Assembly (NCBI GenBank): GCA_021787535.1
Contig: JAJYLR010000001.1
Span: 83,648-147,647 of the forward strand
DNA: 64,000 nt
Direction of reading: 5' to 3'
Source: a bacterium
GTDB taxonomy: Bacteria; Patescibacteriota; CPR2; UBA1875; JAJYID01
Below, piece after piece: positions 60,012 through 64,000 of this stretch (positions are counted from its first letter, which is position 1; each line of letters opens with the position of its first letter). The notes below the pieces were generated by a model that had not been told where the DNA came from, ran no database searches, and saw only the letters and a list, made by a program, of their open reading frames with translations. Both the position numbers and the translations under genes were made by a program.

Positions 60012-60672
60012 AGCAGTTATCTTTGATTTTGACGACACCTTGATCTACACGCAAAGGATTTGTATAAAAAACTATATTAGCGCTGCTAAAAATCTTAATA
60101 TGCGCGTTCCTACCGAGAGGGAAGTAGTCCGGCTTTTCGGTCTGCCTTGGCCAAAGATAGTTGAGATTTTATGGCCTGAAGCAGATCTTGAAACTTTCAA
60201 TGAGGCATACGTACAATGCAGAGGCAAGGAGGAATATGAAGCGGTCAAAAATGCCGGGGAAACTATCAAAAAACTCAAACAGAGTTTTACACTTGGTATC
60301 TTGACCTCGAGAAGGGGAAGCAGTATTTATCGGGTAATGAAAGAGACAGGTTATGACAAAGAAGACTTTAAGTTTATTGATACGCATAATGATGGCAAAA
60401 TCTCTAAGCCGGACCCAAAAGTTTTTAATCATTTTAAAAATATTTTGGACACCGAAGGAATTATTGCGGAAGAAACCGTTTATGTCGGTGATGCCATATT
60501 TGACTATCAGGCGGCAAGAGATGCGGGACTCCACTTTATTGCTTTCATTAATGGGGCCTATACCGGCGAAGAATTCATTGAGGAGGGCTTAGACAAGAAT
60601 CTGGTAATGAAATCATTTAAAGAACTGCCGGGTATTTTGGCAAAGAATTTTAAAATGGAGAAAGTTGCATGA
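60004..60672 (+). CDS. HAD-family hydrolase
   Basis: FDFDDTL, KPDP, VGDA..D. Confidence 0.9.
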   Translation: MIKAVIFDFDDTLIYTQRICIKNYISAAKNLNMRVPTEREVVRLFGLPWPKIVEILWPEADLETFNEAYVQCRGKEEYEAVKNAGETIKKLKQSFTLGILTSRRGSSIYRVMKETGYDKEDFKFIDTHNDGKISKPDPKVFNHFKNILDTEGIIAEETVYVGDAIFDYQAARDAGLHFIAFINGAYTGEEFIEEGLDKNLVMKSFKELPGILAKNFKMEKVA

Positions 60673-61301
60673 TTAAGACGATTATTTTTGACAATCACGG
60701 AGTTATTACATCGAGTACTGCGGAAGGAGCAGACGAAAAGTTCGCCGATTTTTTGGGCGTGGACCTCGACCGGTTTAACAAGGTCTGGGGCAGCTTAGAA
60801 GGCATTGTCGATGAAGGGAAAATGACTAGTGATGATTTTTTAAAAAATCTTTTACACAGAACAAACTGCCATAAAGATTTATCGGATTTTAAGAAGATCT
60901 ATTTTGGAAGCTATTTCCCGAAACTTGATGTCCAAGATTTTGCCAAAGAACTGGGCAAAAGCTTTGAAATCGTCCTGCTTACAAACTACGGCGACAGTTT
61001 TCGTTATGTTAACGGCAGAAGCTGGCACCTAGAAAAAATATTCGGCGATAAAATATTTGTTTCAGCCGAACTGAAAATGAGAAAGCCCCATAAAGATATT
61101 TACCAGTATGTTCTGGACAAAATCGGGAAGAAGCCGGAAGAAACTGTATTTATCGATGACAATCCCAAGTTCATAAAAACGGCGAAAGAACTCGGAATGC
61201 ACACTATTCTTTTTGAGTCGCTTGACCAGGTCAAAAAAAATCTCGAAGAAATATTAGTTTCACAAGGGCAATCTCTGCAGACACAAGGTCTGTCCTTGTA
61301 G
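60669..61301 (+). CDS. HAD-family phosphatase
   Basis: FDNHGV, RKP, FIDD. Confidence 0.88.
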   Translation: MIKTIIFDNHGVITSSTAEGADEKFADFLGVDLDRFNKVWGSLEGIVDEGKMTSDDFLKNLLHRTNCHKDLSDFKKIYFGSYFPKLDVQDFAKELGKSFEIVLLTNYGDSFRYVNGRSWHLEKIFGDKIFVSAELKMRKPHKDIYQYVLDKIGKKPEETVFIDDNPKFIKTAKELGMHTILFESLDQVKKNLEEILVSQGQSLQTQGLSL

Positions 61302-61326
61302 GTGCTGTCTGTGCTAAAATACACTT

Positions 61327-62778
61327 ATGTCTAAAAAGTTTTATATAGATACTTCTATTCCGTATGCAAACGGAAATCCCCACATAGGACATCCTCTGGA
61401 TCCTTTATACGGTGATGTTCTAGCAAGATATTATCGCGCTAACGGTTATGATGTTTTTTTTCTTGTCGGCTTGGACGAGAATGGCCAAAGCGTTTACAAC
61501 AAAGCCAAATGCGCGGAAGTCCCGGTTCAGGAGTTTACTGAGAATGTGCGCAAGAAATTCATAGAAATGCATGAAAAGTTAAATGATTCTTACGATGGAT
61601 TTATCAGGACTACCGATAAAAAACTGCATTGGCCGACGGCGCAGGAGATATGGAAAAGGGCTGAGAAGGCCGGTGATATTTACAAAAAAAACTATCAAGG
61701 GCTTTACTGTGTCGGTTGTGAAGAGTTCAAGCTGGAAAGAGATTTGGTTGATGGCAAATGTCCGGATCACCAAACCAAACCGGAGAAAATCGAGGAGGAA
61801 AACTATTTCTTCAAACTCTCAAATTACCAAAAATTTTTACAGGATTTGTTTGATAAAAATCCGGATTTTGTTTATCCGAAAAACAAATATAACGAAGCTT
61901 ATCAAATCATCAAAGGTGGGCTGGAAGACGTAAGTATTTCCCGGCCGAAGGAAAGGCTTCCGTGGGGTGTACCCGTGCCGGGTGATGACAGCCACGTTAT
62001 GTATGTCTGGTTTGACGCGCTGACAAATTACTTATCCGGTATTGGGTTTACCTCAGACAAAAAGAAATTCGAAAGGTATTGGCCGACTGACCTAAACATC
62101 GTTGGCAAAGACAACAACAAATGGCATTCTATTCTCTGGCCGGCAATTTTAAAGTCGGTAGGACTTCAGTTGCCTAAGAAAGTTTTTGTTCATGGGCACG
62201 TTCTTGGCAAAGGCAATGTAAAGATGAGCAAAACGATAGGCAACGTAGTCGATCCGATGGAGATGATTGATAAATATGGGGCTGATGCTTTTCGATATTT
62301 TATTCTTGCCAAAATCCCAGTGGATTCTGATGGCGCCTTTGATGAAGATCATTTCAGGGAAGTTTATAATTCAGAGCTTTCAAATAAGTTGGGTAATCTT
62401 TTACAGAGAACAATTTCAATGATTAATAAGTATAATGTAAAAATTTCTGACAAGGAGATCGACAGGTTTGGCGGAAGCATAGACGAAAAGATCGGGAATT
62501 TAGATTTTAATGGGGCTTTGCGTTCAGTTATTAGAATGGTAGAGGTGGCAAATGAAGAAATTGATAGTAAAAGACCTTGGGAATTGGCAAAATCTGGTAA
62601 AACGAGAGAGCTAAATGCATTATTAAGTGAAATCTATTGGATATTGAATTCAGTAGCCAAAAATATCTATCCTTTCATGCCCGACACCAGTAAAAAAATG
62701 AAAAAACAGCTTAAAAATTTAAAACCGGTACCTTTGTTTCCGAGGATGGAGAAAGATTCCCGATCGGGTCGGGAATGA
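61327..62778 (+). CDS. metG: Methionine--tRNA ligase (short form)
   Basis: PYANGNPHIGH, CVGCE, YVWFDAL, KMSKT. Confidence 0.96.
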   Translation: MSKKFYIDTSIPYANGNPHIGHPLDPLYGDVLARYYRANGYDVFFLVGLDENGQSVYNKAKCAEVPVQEFTENVRKKFIEMHEKLNDSYDGFIRTTDKKLHWPTAQEIWKRAEKAGDIYKKNYQGLYCVGCEEFKLERDLVDGKCPDHQTKPEKIEEENYFFKLSNYQKFLQDLFDKNPDFVYPKNKYNEAYQIIKGGLEDVSISRPKERLPWGVPVPGDDSHVMYVWFDALTNYLSGIGFTSDKKKFERYWPTDLNIVGKDNNKWHSILWPAILKSVGLQLPKKVFVHGHVLGKGNVKMSKTIGNVVDPMEMIDKYGADAFRYFILAKIPVDSDGAFDEDHFREVYNSELSNKLGNLLQRTISMINKYNVKISDKEIDRFGGSIDEKIGNLDFNGALRSVIRMVEVANEEIDSKRPWELAKSGKTRELNALLSEIYWILNSVAKNIYPFMPDTSKKMKKQLKNLKPVPLFPRMEKDSRSGRE

Positions 62779-62795
62779 CAAGCGTAGGAGGGTAA

Positions 62796-64000
62796 GTGAA
62801 ACACTATATTAATCACATTCATCATAGCAAAAACCGAGAGCTTAATGAGATGTACGTTGCCATGAGCATGCGTTCGTTTGCGATTTCTCTGATCGGTATC
62901 TTCATCCCAATCTACCTTTTCACGATCGGATACTCGCTTCGGAACATATTCCTTTTCTATATCATGGCAAATACTTTTCAGTTTGTTGGTGATTATTTGT
63001 CCGGTCATGGCATAGCCAGATATGGCGCTAAGCATTTGCTAATCGCCAGCTATCCGATGATGGCCGTCAATTTGACCATGCTTGTTACAATGAAAACTTT
63101 CCATTGGCCGCTTTGGGCTTTGGCCCTCACTACCGCTGTTGCCTTAAATCTCTTCTGGACTCCGTATCACGATGATTTTTCAAAAGCAAAAGATAAAAAG
63201 TCAGCGGGAAGACAGGTCGGCAGATGGATTATTTTGTCAGAAGTTTGCGGCGCTTTCGGACCTTTGCTTGGCGGCATTATTGCTCAAAGGTTTGGTATGA
63301 CTTATGGCATTATCGCGGCACTTGTCATAGTGGTCGGGGCAATGATCCCGCTTCTAGGCAAACACGAAATAGTGCCCAGAAAACCTTTCAATCGAAGCGC
63401 CTGTTCAGTCAAAAAATATTATAAAGATCTGATCGCATATGGAGGTTTAAGTTTGGAGGGAATGACGGTTGGCGTGGTCTGGCCGCTTTTCCTATACTTT
63501 TTTATCAGGGATTTTGCCAAAGTGGGCTTCATTGTCACAATGTCGTTTTTGCTCGTCATATTTTTATCGCTTCTTATTGGCAAATTGACTGATCAATACG
63601 GGAAAGAAAGGGCAATGAAAACTGGGAGTGTCGTAACATTTTTTACTGCGGGATCGCGCGTACTAACATCGGGGGTCTCTATGGCTTATGTGATTGGTAC
63701 CGTTTCGTCGCTTTCCCAGATATTTCTCCTTATCCCTTTCTATAGCGTATTCTATATCCATGCGGATAAAGAACCAAGGACAGAGTATGTGACGCTGATG
63801 GAAATGTCGGTTGATGTTTTTCGCGGGATTCTTTATGGGATTATGTACGCAAGTACTTTCTTTCTGCCGGTTCGCTATGTCTTCTTAATTGCTTTCTGTT
63901 TCGCGGCAGTCGGCGCTCTCACAACCAGCTTAATTGCCCGATCTGGTAAGAGTTTGCCAAAGCAAATTAAAACTCATAGAGAAATTGCAAAGGCCAGGGT
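62796..64000 (+). CDS. MFS transporter, runs off window end
   Basis: Not in ORF track; GTG 62796 after GGAGG; hand translation MKHYINH...FAISLIGIFIPIYL...GPLLGGII...GKLTDQYGK. Confidence 0.85.
   Translation, partial: MKHYINHIHHSKNRELNEMYVAMSMRSFAISLIGIFIPIYLFTIGYSLRNIFLFYIMANTFQFVGDYLSGHGIARYGAKHLLIASYPMMAVNLTMLVTMKTFHWPLWALALTTAVALNLFWTPYHDDFSKAKDKKSAGRQVGRWIILSEVCGAFGPLLGGIIAQRFGMTYGIIAALVIVVGAMIPLLGKHEIVPRKPFNRSACSVKKYYKDLIAYGGLSLEGMTVGVVWPLFLYFFIRDFAKVGFIVTMSFLLVIFLSLLIGKLTDQYGKERAMKTGSVVTFFTAGSRVLTSGVSMAYVIGTVSSLSQIFLLIPFYSVFYIHADKEPRTEYVTLMEMSVDVFRGILYGIMYASTFFLPVRYVFLIAFCFAAVGALTTSLIARSGKSLPKQIKTHREIAKAR

Noticed and set aside
20659..62780. CRISPR array interpretation of the palindromic repeats
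   Set aside because: Copies are dispersed, not regularly spaced with unique spacers; no cas genes.
486..63424. Numerous short ORFs antisense or out of frame within identified genes
   Set aside because: Shadow ORFs of well-supported CDSs with no independent evidence.

Overview
Bacterial DNA (code 11); gene content and style point to a Patescibacteria/CPR genome (inference). 1-12.3 kb is an accessory island: a Type III R-M operon with an extra coupled gene, DUF3768, a Replic_Relax relaxase-like gene, a VirD4/HerA-like ATPase and a ClpP-class protease. After it come a cyclodipeptide synthase, envelope genes, a fermentative central-carbon cluster (gap, pgk, tpiA, fba, ppsA, eno, apgM, pfkB-type kinase, ADP-forming acyl-CoA synthetase, 2-oxoacid:ferredoxin oxidoreductase), two giant tailspike-like anchored proteins and housekeeping genes (pcrA, rsmA, rsmI, metG). 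Two signals stand out. (1) An ~720-nt ORF-poor, heavily base-paired unit at ~53378-54097, with a consensus promoter, a boxA-like site and a terminator: a candidate large ncRNA that I cannot assign to a known class. (2) A family of short palindromic and heptamer repeats inserted in frame into many core enzymes, giving recurrent peptides such as DSGQARMT and DSRLRGND. No rRNA, tRNA or CRISPR array was seen. All product calls come from motif recognition by eye, not from database searches.
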